Shown one piece after another: positions 1 through 13,051 of a stretch of 37,546 bases of DNA; positions within the stretch are counted from its first letter, which is position 1; each line of letters starts with the position of its first letter. The position numbers and the translations under genes are program-made. This stretch comes from Octopus bimaculoides (lineage: Eukaryota). Below the pieces are notes generated by a model. It was not told the origin of the DNA and did no database searches. It saw only the letters and a list, made by a program, of their open reading frames with translations. Location of the stretch: positions 14,821,911 through 14,859,456 of the forward strand of contig NC_068981.1 in the NCBI RefSeq assembly GCF_001194135.2. Reading direction: 5' to 3'.

Positions 1-19
1 ATATATACATATATATATC

Positions 20-72
<53 letters not shown>
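1..72. repeat. Compound (TA)n/(TG)n microsatellite
   Basis: Directly visible dinucleotide runs. Confidence 0.95.
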
Positions 73-75
<3 letters not shown>

Positions 76-3000
76 AATATTACAAGCAGTCATCATATAT
101 TTTGTTCAATATGCCGCCTTTACGAAAGTTTAAAAATTGTGCGATGTCGGAAGTCACACTTACTATTGTTTTCCTTTGCACATTACTTAGCAGAGTGCAC
201 ATATATAAATCACCACATGCACCATATCTATGTAATATATATGTCATAAGTATGTATGTCATATCTATGTCATATCTATGTCATAAGTATGTAACTCGAT
301 TCTGCGAATTCATATATCATAATGTCTAGTAGAATCGTGATAAAATCCAATAAATAAAATTCATTTAATGATATTACTTATAGTTCAAAAGATAAACCTT
401 TCATATTTTCTAGATATACTTTAATATAAAGTATATTATTTTATTTATATATCATTTATTATATGCATTATATCTATGTAATATATACATTACGTAATTG
501 TAAAACAAATCAATACGTTTGTATCTTTGGTATCTGAAAATCGGAATTTCGAAATACATAAAGAAAACATACTATTTCGCAATATCTTATTGAAAGGGTG
601 TTTCATTATGTAATGGGTTGTGTAATTGTGTTAGTATACTTTTTTTAACAGATTTAGAACTTAGATGGTCATCACAACGTTTAAGATTGACGAAATTAGT
701 ATCATATATATTTTTGTTACAAAGTCTAGTGTGACCAAATTCATGTAAAGATTTGGCACTGAGTACACTCCCTATAGAATTATTCCGGTTATCGATCGTT
801 TGAAAATGATCGGGAACAGGTCACATTGCAATAATATAAAGATAAATATATCAGTCAATGTATTAACTTGTCAGGATCATTATTTTTAAAAGAGACCGAA
901 GTTCCAACGTTTTACCTATAAATTATATGCACATTTGTACATTTTGCACACTGCAACTAATTTCTCCTTTCTTGCGGAGAAAAGTGAGTGTTTATTGTTG
1001 TAATTCCCGATAAAGCAGAAGCCGATCAAGTCATGATCTCCTCATGTTTTTTTTTTTTATATCTATGAATAAACTGCTCAGTTTATCTTTCATTCTGAAA
1101 AATTATAGGAGTGCGTTTAAGGAGATGCGTGTGCTATTTCTAATAGGTCGATCTCACAGGTAGAAGTCTCTTTATTTCCTCATCACACTACCAGGAGAAA
1201 CACACAAATTACATTTTAGAAACGGGTTTCCCAAGTAACGTAACTCTTATTCTAGGAGAATAAGTTGGACCCAATAAAATCAATTAATATTCAGCTCAAG
1301 TTGTTATTACCACCTAAAAGTGGACGGCAACAAGAGAAAAGAGAAAAGAAACGAGAGTACAAGAAGTAACAAGAAAAACAACTTAGATGGAAATGGGTCG
1401 ATTAAATCCATTGTGTAAAGCACATATATATTTGGTTTTCTGCCAAGATAAAGCAATCATGGTAAACAAATTTTATTCATTTTATACAGTTTGTAGATCA
1501 TAACCTCTGCAAAAAAAATAAACATGAATTTTTCGTCAATGTCTGATGGTTAAAACGATGTTAAAATGATTAACATTAAAAAAAAGACAACAAAACATCG
1601 CGTATGATATTACTCCGAAGGTAATATTTTATAAGTAGACAAGAAAAAACTTCTGTAACACCCAAACATCATAAAAATAGCTTGAAGGAAATTGATTGAT
1701 TGTGAAAAAATAAAATATTGTCATCAATAATAATCATAAAATCATAAAATAGAAACGTATGAGACAATGGGAGATCAAAAAATAAGTCCGAACATCAACA
1801 ATACATTGTATTCTCACAACTGTTATGTAGGAAAGTAAATAATACAGAAGCGAAGAAAATAATTCATTCCAGGATTCAAAAGTTCAAAATGAATAATTCA
1901 AAATTGTAAATATAATCTAACAAAAGATATTATTCATAGCTATAATCAAATGACTGGAAAACATAGATTTATTTGGAGAAAGAGGGTCAGCTGAAATTAA
2001 AATATTTCAAACAGTTATTCAAAAATAGTAATTCATTTGGTGTGATTAGCATACTAAGTATGAGGTTTAATATATATTTGGACAGCAAAATAAATTTTGA
2101 AATGTTTTCATTCTTTGAATAGGAACAAATTTAATTTCAAAAGGGAGGCGTGTATTTATAAGTTGATTTAAAATGTTAAATCGAATATTGTATCTATACT
2201 ATCAGACGCAGAGAACTGAAATGAGCTAGCAAAATTACAAAACAATCAGCATAAACCTCTATTAATTTAACTTAGAGCATCTCTCTTCCTTTCCGTTCAC
2301 TTTTTCTCACCTATCATTATTTCTCCTGGGCCTTTTATCAGTTGTATCAATCATATATTGGCACTTTCTGCATCCTTATCGTACATCTAAAATATGAGAA
2401 TGAAAATGTATGTATGTGTGCGCGTGAATGATTCAATATGAGTTTATATGTGTGGGTAACTGCAGCCTTTTTGTGTCTATATGTAACAATGTGAGTGTAC
2501 GTAAGTATATTTGTTTAAATAATAAAAGAAGACAAGATGTGCAACCGATTTGTTACAGACTTTGTACATTATTTCGTAAAGTGCAGATAATATTTAGGAA
2601 GGAAAAGTTCTTTCCAAATAATCAAATACCAAATCCATATCTATCATTAAGATACCCACATATTGCCATTCTACTAGTAAGAATGTCACCTAAATACAGC
2701 GTTCTCACAATCTGGCCAACATTCATAAATTAAAATCACTTGTCTCACAAAATGGAACTTATGTTTTACCGAACAACTTATTAGTTGGCATGTAGCAAAT
2801 TCGCCGAGGTAATTAGTACGCACAAAGAGCCTAAATATATAACTCAAGGTATTGTACTCTGCTCCCTAATGAAACCAAGAGATCTCCACGTTATGCATGT
2901 GTATCATTTTTCTGTTTCTGTGTGAGCGTATAAACAAAATTCCGTAATACATGCAGACAAGAAATGGCATTGAGATAAATGAGTTAATTTTTTCTTTAAA

Positions 3001-4406
3001 TCCAGTATTTACCCCTAGTTTTTTTGCCATCCATTAGCAACGTATTAGGTATCCCTTCCATATTGGTGAAGAATATAAAAACTATGAAAAATATAAATTT
3101 TTGTCCTATTGTAGCACACATTTTGTTTCTACCTCATGACAAATGCAGAGTAGTCGCTCTTAAATAACGACGACCTAATTCTGCACTTTAGAAGCCCCCA
3201 AACTATGTCCACTGAACTTGCGAAGTCTATATGACTAATATTTGTTGTATATTTTTTTGATAATTCAACTTTACTGCTTCTACATAAAGAAAAACATACG
3301 AATTGTTTCCAGCAGATTTTCTTTGATGTCATTTACTGGATTACAATATAAGGGCTTCGTAGGAATGAGTCACGTCTGCATGAAGACAAACAGCTAATAT
3401 AAGAATAACGATGTGGCAGTAGGCCACTTCCTCCTTTCTGCTTCTGATTAAATAGGGCAACTAGTGGAGGTCGAATGTAAATCATATAAATAATGTTCAC
3501 AATTCCTCATCTCTTAAATATAGAACACTTTTGTATAGTTTTGATACGGATAGGATGGTATTCAATTTCTCTATCACCGAAGAATATTAATCGATCAAGT
3601 AGGGAATCGATTAATACGGAAATTTACTGCACCACAAAATTTCGAGATTCTCTCATCTATCCGAAATTTACATAAGGTAATTAAAGAATGTATAATTTTC
3701 TATTCATTATATGTGTATGAATACATAGAGTTAGATCACATATATGTTTAGGCGTAGAAAACGAATGGATTAGCAAATACAATATTCAGCAGAATACACA
3801 CCTGCTGAGATTTACATGTATTATGGAACTCCACTGGATGTAAAAATGATATTTTATCTTCAGTTTACAAATTTTTACTCTTTGCGTTGTGCACAAAAAT
3901 GAAATGAAAATTTATAGTTTAGCTTCAATTATCCCTAGTCGTTCTCTGTAATATGCAATTATAGCAACACACACTCACATTTATTCATGTGTTCAGGTCA
4001 TTAATGAGGAGAATGCAACGTGTCTTCAAATACATGAAGGCCTATTTACTGAGAGATAATTATCATAGAAATATTTCAGTTTATGAGATAAAACGAGGGT
4101 TTTGTTTTCGTTGAGAAAGAACATTTTCGTAAAAGACCAGATGATGAAAAAGCTGTTTGGACGATGAAATACTTCGAAGTAGCCGAAACGTATTGCATTC
4201 CATTGCCGATAATTAGGCCGGGTCCATCATGAAGCACAAATGTTAATCCCATGCCTTTCCGCAGCCGTAATTTTGAATGAATTCATGTTGTTGATCTCTG
4301 GAGATGTGAGATATATCGTGGACATGCTTATGTGGATAGAATGATTTATACTTTTTGTTTCTGCACCTCTCTTGGTATTGGGATTTCTGTGAATTCGAAA
4401 TATATA

Positions 4407-4968
4407 NNNNNNNNNNNNNNNNNNNNNNNNNNNNNNNNNNNNNNNNNNNNNNNNNNNNNNNNNNNNNNNNNNNNNNNNNNNNNNNNNNNNNNNNNNNNNN
4501 NNNNNNNNNNNNNNNNNNNNNNNNNNNNNNNNNNNNNNNNNNNNNNNNNNNNNNNNNNNNNNNNNNNNNNNNNNNNNNNNNNNNNNNNNNNNNNNNNNNN
4601 NNNNNNNNNNNNNNNNNNNNNNNNNNNNNNNNNNNNNNNNNNNNNNNNNNNNNNNNNNNNNNNNNNNNNNNNNNNNNNNNNNNNNNNNNNNNNNNNNNNN
4701 NNNNNNNNNNNNNNNNNNNNNNNNNNNNNNNNNNNNNNNNNNNNNNNNNNNNNNNNNNNNNNNNNNNNNNNNNNNNNNNNNNNNNNNNNNNNNNNNNNNN
4801 NNNNNNNNNNNNNNNNNNNNNNNNNNNNNNNNNNNNNNNNNNNNNNNNNNNNNNNNNNNNNNNNNNNNNNNNNNNNNNNNNNNNNNNNNNNNNNNNNNNN
4901 NNNNNNNNNNNNNNNNNNNNNNNNNNNNNNNNNNNNNNNNNNNNNNNNNNNNNNNNNNNNNNNNNNNN
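4407..4968. other. Assembly gap (N run)
   Basis: Continuous N. Confidence 0.99.
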
Positions 4969-6484
4969 ATGTATGAACGCATATATACTTCTTACATACA
5001 TGCTTACTATTTTTTTAATATTGATATTAATATTAAAATATATTGAGCTCCAAGTCTATGAGCTACGAAAAACTACTACAATACTGAAGCTCTAGAATTT
5101 ATTTACGTACGTCTACATAGTTTAATGTAACCATAGTTTTCAATTCATATGCATCCAAGTAACTGTATCTATGTGATGCATGCAATAGTTCCATAGACAT
5201 TATTTTCCTATCAATCTTGCGAACAACCCAGTACAACAAAGAATTGATACTTGTAAACATTCCAGTACAACAGAGTAACATACAACTGCATAGTCACCAG
5301 AAGGAACACTCGCTGTATGTTAATCAACTCACCAATGCGCATGACGATTTGTGAGAACAAAATTGATATGAAATAAAGACTGTTGTTCAACACATTTTCT
5401 CTTATACGGATGCTAACAAATGTACGGGTGCTAACAATTTCAGATCTGTATCTAGTAATAGGATTATCCGTACTGTATGACGACCGTTAGTGGCCCATAA
5501 ATATTGACGACCTTTGTGTAGCGTACTATAAAATTTTCATCCAAATTTTATTCAAATTCATGCTTATATCCACACATACATACATAAATGCCTAAATGGG
5601 TATTTTCTGTGCGTGTGTATGTGTGTGTGTGCATATATTTATGTATTATGCTTGTGGTATGCATGCGTATTTGTGTTAATTGCCTTCGACATAGATATCA
5701 TCTACATGAGGTATCTTACTGCCGATAATAATCCACTATAGTTAATTGTCTGTGGCAGATACCCTGTAGTAATCAACTACGATATCTAATTACTATAGTT
5801 TCGTGAAATGTAATTTTTAACATTGCATTTCATTTCTTTTCCAATTATGCTAATTTAGGCAAATGTTACGGAAAAGAACTTCATTTGATTGCGTAGTAAA
5901 CTAACGATAGCTAAAGAAGAACCTGGTAAAGAATATAAAGAAGATCTAAATTTTACAGAATTATATATCATAATGTTATGCATCAAAACAAACTGTCAGC
6001 TTAAATACCGAATACATTTAGAGAAATCTACACTAGGCACATATTTCTCTTATATCATCAATGGGACCGATAGGCTACTTGAATATCATCTGCGGCTAAT
6101 AAAATATACACCGTAAAATTCACTGCTTATACAACGACGTTAGACGTGTACAATTACGTATATTACCATACATGATCATAAAACGCTCGATATGATTGTT
6201 TTTGAAATATATAAAACCAAATCTTTTTCTCATATTCATGAGTATTAGTGTGTAAAATGAAACGATAATCACGCGATAGTAAGATATTATGGCTTTCCAT
6301 ATGGCACGAGCATCCATGGCTATTGTATACTAAGGTAATTGTGATAACAATTAAACCAGATCTCTTCGATCTCGAAACCGTAATATGAGTATATAGACTG
6401 TTGCCACAAACAGCAATAGTCGATACAAATACGTAATGGCTAAAGCTGCAGTACAGAAGATACTGCAAAGAAGAACAGGTCATC

Positions 6485-6640
6485 TCGAAATAACTTTTTG
6501 TGTTATTGGTGCCACTTTGTTCATTGCTAGTGTTTCTAGGATCCATGTGTTGGGAATACTATCAAAAGCCTTTCAATAATCGATTCAAGGAATGCTTAGA
6601 CCCTTCCTTTCTGTTCGGCTGTCTTTATTCGTTCTCAATT
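6485..6640 (-). mobile_element. Second R4/Dong-type RT fragment (RT subdomain 3 region), decayed
   Basis: Minus-strand translation ...KGLSIP*IDY*KAFDSIPNTWILETLAMNKVAPI matches the AWIDYxKAFDSVPHxWI motif of R4/Dong-clade RTs; contains in-frame stops. Confidence 0.7.
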
Positions 6641-7645
6641 GCTTGTACAGTGCTTTGTCTTTGGAAACTTTCATCCTACATAGGCCTGACCTTCTTACTT
6701 CTAATAATAGTGGTTCTGTGGCATCTTTTACATACCATACTGTGTTGTTTTAATCTGCTCTAATGCTGTGTTCCCATTCAATAGGTCCTTTTCCCCTACT
6801 TTTTCTTGGTCTATATAGTCTGTCTGTGTCACGTTTTGAGTAGAGTGTCCCGTATCTAGTTAACAGCTTCCTTGTCTTTCCTTGTCTAAGCTGTTTAGTT
6901 CGTCTAGTGTCTATGCGATTACCCCTGCTCCATATCTAAGGAGTGAAACCGCCCAGTTGTTGATAGCTTCAATCTTATTCCGTCCTTTTAATTTCAGTCT
7001 GCGCAAGTACTCCACCTTAAATGTTTCTGTCATTTCTTTCTCCAACAATTTATCCATTTCCAAAATCCCCAAGTACTTGTAGCCTGTCTCTTCTATCTGC
7101 TTCATAACCTTCCTTCAAGACTTACACACTACACTTTCTCAGTTCGAAATCTATTCTGATATCAGCACTGACAGTATACATCGTATCAACGAGGGAACTG
7201 ACTTGGCCTTCATCTTTGCCATAGCCTTTGATGTCATCCATGAATAACAAACGGTTGACTTTAAGTTGGCGGCTTTTGATTACATACTCAGCTTTTGCTT
7301 TCCTCAGAATCAGTGTTAGTAGTATCGAGTACAGTACAAAGATCAATGGGGACAGGTTGTCCCATTGGAAGATGTCCTTCCTGCTTTCTACTGTCGCTAT
7401 ACGTCTTTCGTATGTTGTCAGGTCTATTCTCCAATTCGCCATACTTTTTCCAAAAATCACTCAACATTCGATGCAATACCAAATAGGTTCATACATTCCA
7501 TTATCTTAGAGATTGGGATCATATCGTACGGCTTAAGATAGTGGATCCATGACATGGCTAAGTTACTTTTTCCTCCTCTTGCAGTCTCTAAGTACAGTTT
7601 TGTCTATCAGCTGCAAGATGCTTCCAGCCCTTCTGCTCATGTGTC
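6640..7645 (-). mobile_element. R4/Dong-clade non-LTR retrotransposon RT fragment, decayed
   Basis: Minus-strand motifs in canonical order: EQKG, LIDKTVLRDCKRRK/NLAMSWIHYLKPYDMIP, LSPLIFVL, LLFMDDIK (catalytic, ~7233-7244), GYKYLGILE, NKIEAINNWAVSLLRYGAG, TRKLLTRYG, DRLYRPRK, WYVKDATEPLL. Multiple frameshifts and stops. Confidence 0.88.
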
Positions 7646-7690
7646 TACCGTATTATCTTACTAAATATGGTCTTTTGTATGACCGCTCAT

Positions 7691-8377
7691 AGAGAAATTC
7701 TAGTGTTCTTAGAATAAAAGGAGGATGTTTACATTTTCGAATACTCAGGGAGAAGGAAATGTGTAGGTATTCACAGATGTTGTAGATATGAAGGTTTTTT
7801 TTTTAAGCTGATCGTTTGTGTGTTCGAAAGCTGTAGGCATGTAAGTTTCCTAACTTATTTTGAGGGAGATTTAAAATATTCACTGGAAATTGCAGATATT
7901 CTAGTCTTTGGTAATAGTAAGAGGAAGAGTTGTTCACGTTATTGAATTTTTGTATTTCTGAATTAGTTTTTCTTTTTCTTTTGGAATATTTCTTTTCTTT
8001 TCAAAAGTTTTGTTGTGGTTTACATGTTTTGTAGATTCGTGCAGTATGTATATATTAGTAGGTGACAGCGGCTGGGACGTGTCCTTCGCTGCCCTGACCT
8101 GTCCGCAGCTGAAGACACAGAAACACTAATACAACTCAGCCGGACAACAGAAAAATAATTCTCAAATACTGGAATATCTACAATTTCCTGCGAATATTTT
8201 GAATTTACCTCAAAATAAGTTAAGAAACTTATATATCTACAGCGTTCGAACACATAAACGATCAGCCTTAAAATCTTTCATATCTACAACTTCTGTGAAT
8301 ACGAATCCTTTCCACTCTCCCTGAGCATTCGAAAATGTAAACATCGTCTTTATTCCAAGAACACTACGGTGTTCTCT
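7691..8377. repeat. Diverged inverted repeat, arms ~7691-7907 and ~8166-8377, spacer ~260 bp
   Basis: The reverse complement of the left arm aligns colinearly with the right arm (shared blocks cctcaaaataagtta, ttcgaacac, aaacgatcagc, ttcatatctacaac, tctccctgag.attcgaaaatgtaaacatc, aagaacacta). Confidence 0.88.
8055..8108 (-). CDS. Candidate exon (GC-rich island with strong minus-strand acceptor); one frame reads LRTGQGSEGHVPAAVTY*
   Basis: Minus-strand gtgtttctgtgtcttcag| acceptor followed by a conspicuously GC-rich ~55 bp in AT-rich DNA. No homolog recognised. Confidence 0.3.
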   Translation of the reverse strand: MRTGQGSEGHVPAAVTY

Positions 8378-8646
8378 GTTCGGACAGACAAAGGATCATC
8401 TCCAGTAAAATTTAAAACTTTAATATCTACAATTTCCTGTGAAAATGTTACCTTCCTTTTCTTTACTTCCCTTTTTCTCTGAGTATTCGAAAATGTAAAC
8501 ATCCTTTTTGTTGCTAAAACACTACAGTCTTCTCAGAACGGACATTCACACGAACATCTCTAAAAAAATTTAGAAACTTTAATATCTCCAATTTTGTGTG
8601 AACACTTTATCTTTCCTTTTTCTCTGACTACTCGAATAATTAAACA
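8170..8646 (+). repeat. Degenerate tandem sub-repeats of ~105-160 bp extending the right IR arm
   Basis: Recurring atatct(a/c)caa(t/c)tt(c)tgtgaa at ~8175, 8280, 8423 and 8582; ctga(g/c)(c/t)a(t/c)tcgaa(a)at recurs at ~8321, 8479 and 8624. Confidence 0.75.
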
Positions 8647-8776
<130 letters not shown>

Positions 8777-9641
8777 NNNNNNNNNNNNNNNNNNNNNNNN
8801 NNNNNNNNNNNNNNNNNNNNNNNNNNNNNNNNNNNNNNNNNNNNNNNNNNNNNNNNNNNNNNNNNNNNNNNNNNNNNNNNNNNNNNNNNNNNNNNNNNNN
8901 NNNNNNNNNNNNNNNNNNNNNNNNNNNNNNNNNNNNNNNNNNNNNNNNNNNNNNNNNNNNNNNNNNNNNNNNNNNNNNNNNNNNNNNNNNNNNNNNNNNN
9001 NNNNNNNNNNNNNNNNNNNNNNNNNNNNNNNNNNNNNNNNNNNNNNNNNNNNNNNNNNNNNNNNNNNNNNNNNNNNNNNNNNNNNNNNNNNNNNNNNNNN
9101 NNNNNNNNNNNNNNNNNNNNNNNNNNNNNNNNNNNNNNNNNNNNNNNNNNNNNNNNNNNNNNNNNNNNNNNNNNNNNNNNNNNNNNNNNNNNNNNNNNNN
9201 NNNNNNNNNNNNNNNNNNNNNNNNNNNNNNNNNNNNNNNNNNNNNNNNNNNNNNNNNNNNNNNNNNNNNNNNNNNNNNNNNNNNNNNNNNNNNNNNNNNN
9301 NNNNNNNNNNNNNNNNNNNNNNNNNNNNNNNNNNNNNNNNNNNNNNNNNNNNNNNNNNNNNNNNNNNNNNNNNNNNNNNNNNNNNNNNNNNNNNNNNNNN
9401 NNNNNNNNNNNNNNNNNNNNNNNNNNNNNNNNNNNNNNNNNNNNNNNNNNNNNNNNNNNNNNNNNNNNNNNNNNNNNNNNNNNNNNNNNNNNNNNNNNNN
9501 NNNNNNNNNNNNNNNNNNNNNNNNNNNNNNNNNNNNNNNNNNNNNNNNNNNNNNNNNNNNNNNNNNNNNNNNNNNNNNNNNNNNNNNNNNNNNNNNNNNN
9601 NNNNNNNNNNNNNNNNNNNNNNNNNNNNNNNNNNNNNNNNN
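8777..9641. other. Assembly gap (N run)
   Basis: Continuous N. Confidence 0.99.
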
Positions 9642-9706
9642 GGATTTTTCTCTGTCTATTTCTTTCGCATTTAGTTTAGCCCAGTATTTACCATGTAGGG
9701 TCATTT

Positions 9707-9707
9707 C

Positions 9708-9797
<90 letters not shown>
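9707..9797. repeat. (TTA)n microsatellite
   Basis: Directly visible. Confidence 0.95.
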
Positions 9798-9798
<1 letters not shown>

Positions 9799-10344
9799 TT
9801 ATTTCATTATTTCTTCCTATTCATTTTTGGGATACTATTTCTTTATTCCGAAGTTAGCCAATGTGGCTGAACATGTAAACATGTGGCTAGGAAGCAAACG
9901 CCGTACCACATAGACACATCTGCGCGCCTATATCTATATCTCTGGGTGTCTACGTGTGTGTTCCTGCGTGTGTGAGTGTGTATTTGTGTCTGTGTGTACG
10001 TCGTTGAGTTTGTGATTATGTGTACACATACACACACATACACATACAAATGACATGATATAACGTGTTGAATGAATTTTCGCACATCTTATAAGACGTT
10101 GTTTGTTAAAACACTTCTTTCATGAAACTAACACCTCATATGTTTTAGTTATTTTCATTGGAATTAATTGACTCGTGATCGCTATAATATTTACATTCTT
10201 GCACGTTTTATAAATCGATATTTTTTCATTATATATTTATACGCATGTCAACTGATACACAGAATTAGATATGAACACCTGTACATGCTAGTTTTTGTGG
10301 TTTCCTTTCTCCATGTCTGTATATATATATATATATATATATAT

Positions 10345-10723
10345 NNNNNNNNNNNNNNNNNNNNNNNNNNNNNNNNNNNNNNNNNNNNNNNNNNNNNNNN
10401 NNNNNNNNNNNNNNNNNNNNNNNNNNNNNNNNNNNNNNNNNNNNNNNNNNNNNNNNNNNNNNNNNNNNNNNNNNNNNNNNNNNNNNNNNNNNNNNNNNNN
10501 NNNNNNNNNNNNNNNNNNNNNNNNNNNNNNNNNNNNNNNNNNNNNNNNNNNNNNNNNNNNNNNNNNNNNNNNNNNNNNNNNNNNNNNNNNNNNNNNNNNN
10601 NNNNNNNNNNNNNNNNNNNNNNNNNNNNNNNNNNNNNNNNNNNNNNNNNNNNNNNNNNNNNNNNNNNNNNNNNNNNNNNNNNNNNNNNNNNNNNNNNNNN
10701 NNNNNNNNNNNNNNNNNNNNNNN
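10345..10723. other. Assembly gap flanked by (TA)n
   Basis: Continuous N with (TA)n on both sides. Confidence 0.99.
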
Positions 10724-10783
10724 TATATATATATATATATCCAGAGAAAGCGAGAGAACGAGGGTGAGAGGGGGACAGAATTA

Positions 10784-12203
10784 CACTGTGTTTTACATGT
10801 CACGTGGTTGCGCTTACCAGCTACCATCGATGACAGCAATAAACATTACTATAATTGTTTGGAATAATTTCAAATCATATTCTAAAATTGTTTACAATGC
10901 ATAGAGAGATGGCAACAGTCTATATACTCATATTACGGATTCGAGATCGAAGAAATCTGGTTTAGTTGTTATCACAATTACCTTAGTATACAATATCCAT
11001 GGATGCTCGTGCCATATGGAAAGCCATAATATCTTAATATCGCGTGATGGATAGATAGATGGATAGATAGATATAGATATATACTTATACATATATATGC
11101 ATCGATATGTATGTATCAATGAACATATATATGCATATGTGTGTGTGTGAGTATAGGCGTAGACATATATGTGTTTGTGTGTGTATGTTTTAAAAGAAAC
11201 AGGGAAGAAAGTGCAGATATATGGAGATAGGGAGAGATGAAAGGTTTAAGAAAGGGAGTGACGTGAACAAATGATTAATAAAGAAACAATTATATGAGTG
11301 TTCATTGTATTAATAAATAGCTGTTGACAAGTATATCAACGAAAATCTAATATTGAATGACTTAGAATAGAAGGTAGGAAAATGTAAATAGTATTGTATT
11401 CTTAATTTAATTTTCTTCATTACTATTTCCCTTAAATTTTAGTTTACCAGTGCATCGATTCCCTCCTTCGGAGCTTTGTCGTGTTTATGTAATCCGGAAG
11501 AATGAAATTGTTGAGGTGTTCTCAACAAACTCATAAAATGTTACATTTTTTCTGCAGCACGTTTGGTTGATCTGCATGCTTGATTATGATATGCATCCGT
11601 CGTTTAGCGAATGCTTTTTCTGTAATTCATATGCTATGTCTCCGAGAGAATATCTACGCTGCCCTTAAACCATTCTATTTTATTTTATTTTCTGATGTTG
11701 CACTGTCAATAAAATTCATTGTAAACATGCAGTTTCCTTGAGAATCTTACATGCATTTGTGTATATAGAAGGCACTTCGTCTACAGACCGATAAACTTTC
11801 GTAGACGCTATCAGTAGTAATAAACGAATTCTGGGATATGGATTATTTAGTGCAAATATGTTATCATATATTTTAAATGCAGATTTATATGTCTGTCATT
11901 ATTCGTTCGCAACACCTGGGTATGTTACATGTGCATTAAAACCCAATAGTTTGTGTCGAATAAGTAAGCCATGTAGATGCAAATTCTGAAACGATATTTG
12001 GATAAGAAGGAACGGCGAAATATGAAAATTTAATTGGTCAACTCATATCTCTCTTTCAGGAAGTTTTCCAAAACCCAGCTCTCTGTGCATTGTAAACAAT
12101 TTTAGAATATGATTTGAAATTATTCCAAACAATTATAGTAATGTTTATTGCTGTCATCGATGGTAGCTGCTAAGCGCAACCACGTGACATGTAAAACACA
12201 GAT
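10784..12203. mobile_element. Non-autonomous DNA transposon with ~123-bp TIRs and TA flanks (Tc1/mariner-like architecture)
   Basis: 10786-10908 is the reverse complement of 12079-12201 with 2 mismatches; TA at 10782-83 and 12204-05; the outermost 2 nt of the right end mismatch. No transposase ORF inside. Confidence 0.82.
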
Positions 12204-12963
12204 TATGTACTCAGATTTTACACATAACGTGTGGCTTTCTCTTAAAGGAATAAATTAGTTTTACGTCCCAAAAGTGCAAGCTGATTTTTCTCTTTGGAAT
12301 ATTGATATCAATCACCGAAAATTCGTTGGCTGCCCCTTAGCCACAGAAGGCACATCTCCAAGATGACAGACTTTAGAACTGAACACAAAGCATGCATTGC
12401 GGTTGAATCTTATTACACAGTTAAAATCTGCCCTTTTTGAGAAATAGAAAAGCAAATTCTATTGTTTTCCTATATTTCTGTGTTTACTACGTTGCGCCAG
12501 AAAAACAAAAATAAAATTATTGCGTATTTGGGAATGAAATTCTCTGGTTCCCTGTTATTACATGAAAATATTATTAGTTTCGATAAGAAATTGATTAATT
12601 TCTAAAGAAATACAAGATAACTATATTGATAGTGATTCGATATTGCACTTAAATTGTGAGTTCAGAACATGAAAACGCTGCAGCAAATAACAAACAATAT
12701 AATTAATATTGATTGTTAATTGTGTTTGCTAATTAACAACACACGTGTTTTATTCATGGCTTTATTTTAACTTTGAATATTCTATAATAAAATATATAAT
12801 AATGATGAAATAAAAATTCTAATAATTAATTTGAGATTGTCGTTGCATTATGACACTACTATACGTTGTCTGAAATCAAATGTTTTTCAAAATTATATAG
12901 GTACTAAATGTGTCATTGATATTGTCTACGATGTAACACATCCCTTTCTTCCCTCCCTCAAAC

Positions 12964-12968
<5 letters not shown>

Positions 12969-13049
<81 letters not shown>
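12969..13049. repeat. (CT)n microsatellite
   Basis: Directly visible. Confidence 0.95.

Positions 13050-13051
<2 letters not shown>

Noticed and set aside
2311-2386. Minus-strand segment with a good acceptor (ttttag|) and donor (|gtgaga)
   Set aside because: All three frames contain stops; at best a non-coding or cryptic exon, and unsupported.
3129-3332. ORF with DFASSVDIVWGLLKCRI resembling the Tc1/mariner SPDLNPIE..WG.LK motif
   Set aside because: Single weak motif; no other DDE motifs or TIRs nearby.
4161-4190. Hammerhead-like acgatga-[tactt-cg-aagta]-gccgaaacg
   Set aside because: The CUGANGA core is mutated and no stem I/III or cleavage triplet could be formed.
11797-11807. 11-mer tttcgtagacg shared with the 20.56-kb insertion
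   Set aside because: The insertion is fully explained by local templating; a single 11-mer is too little to claim a link.
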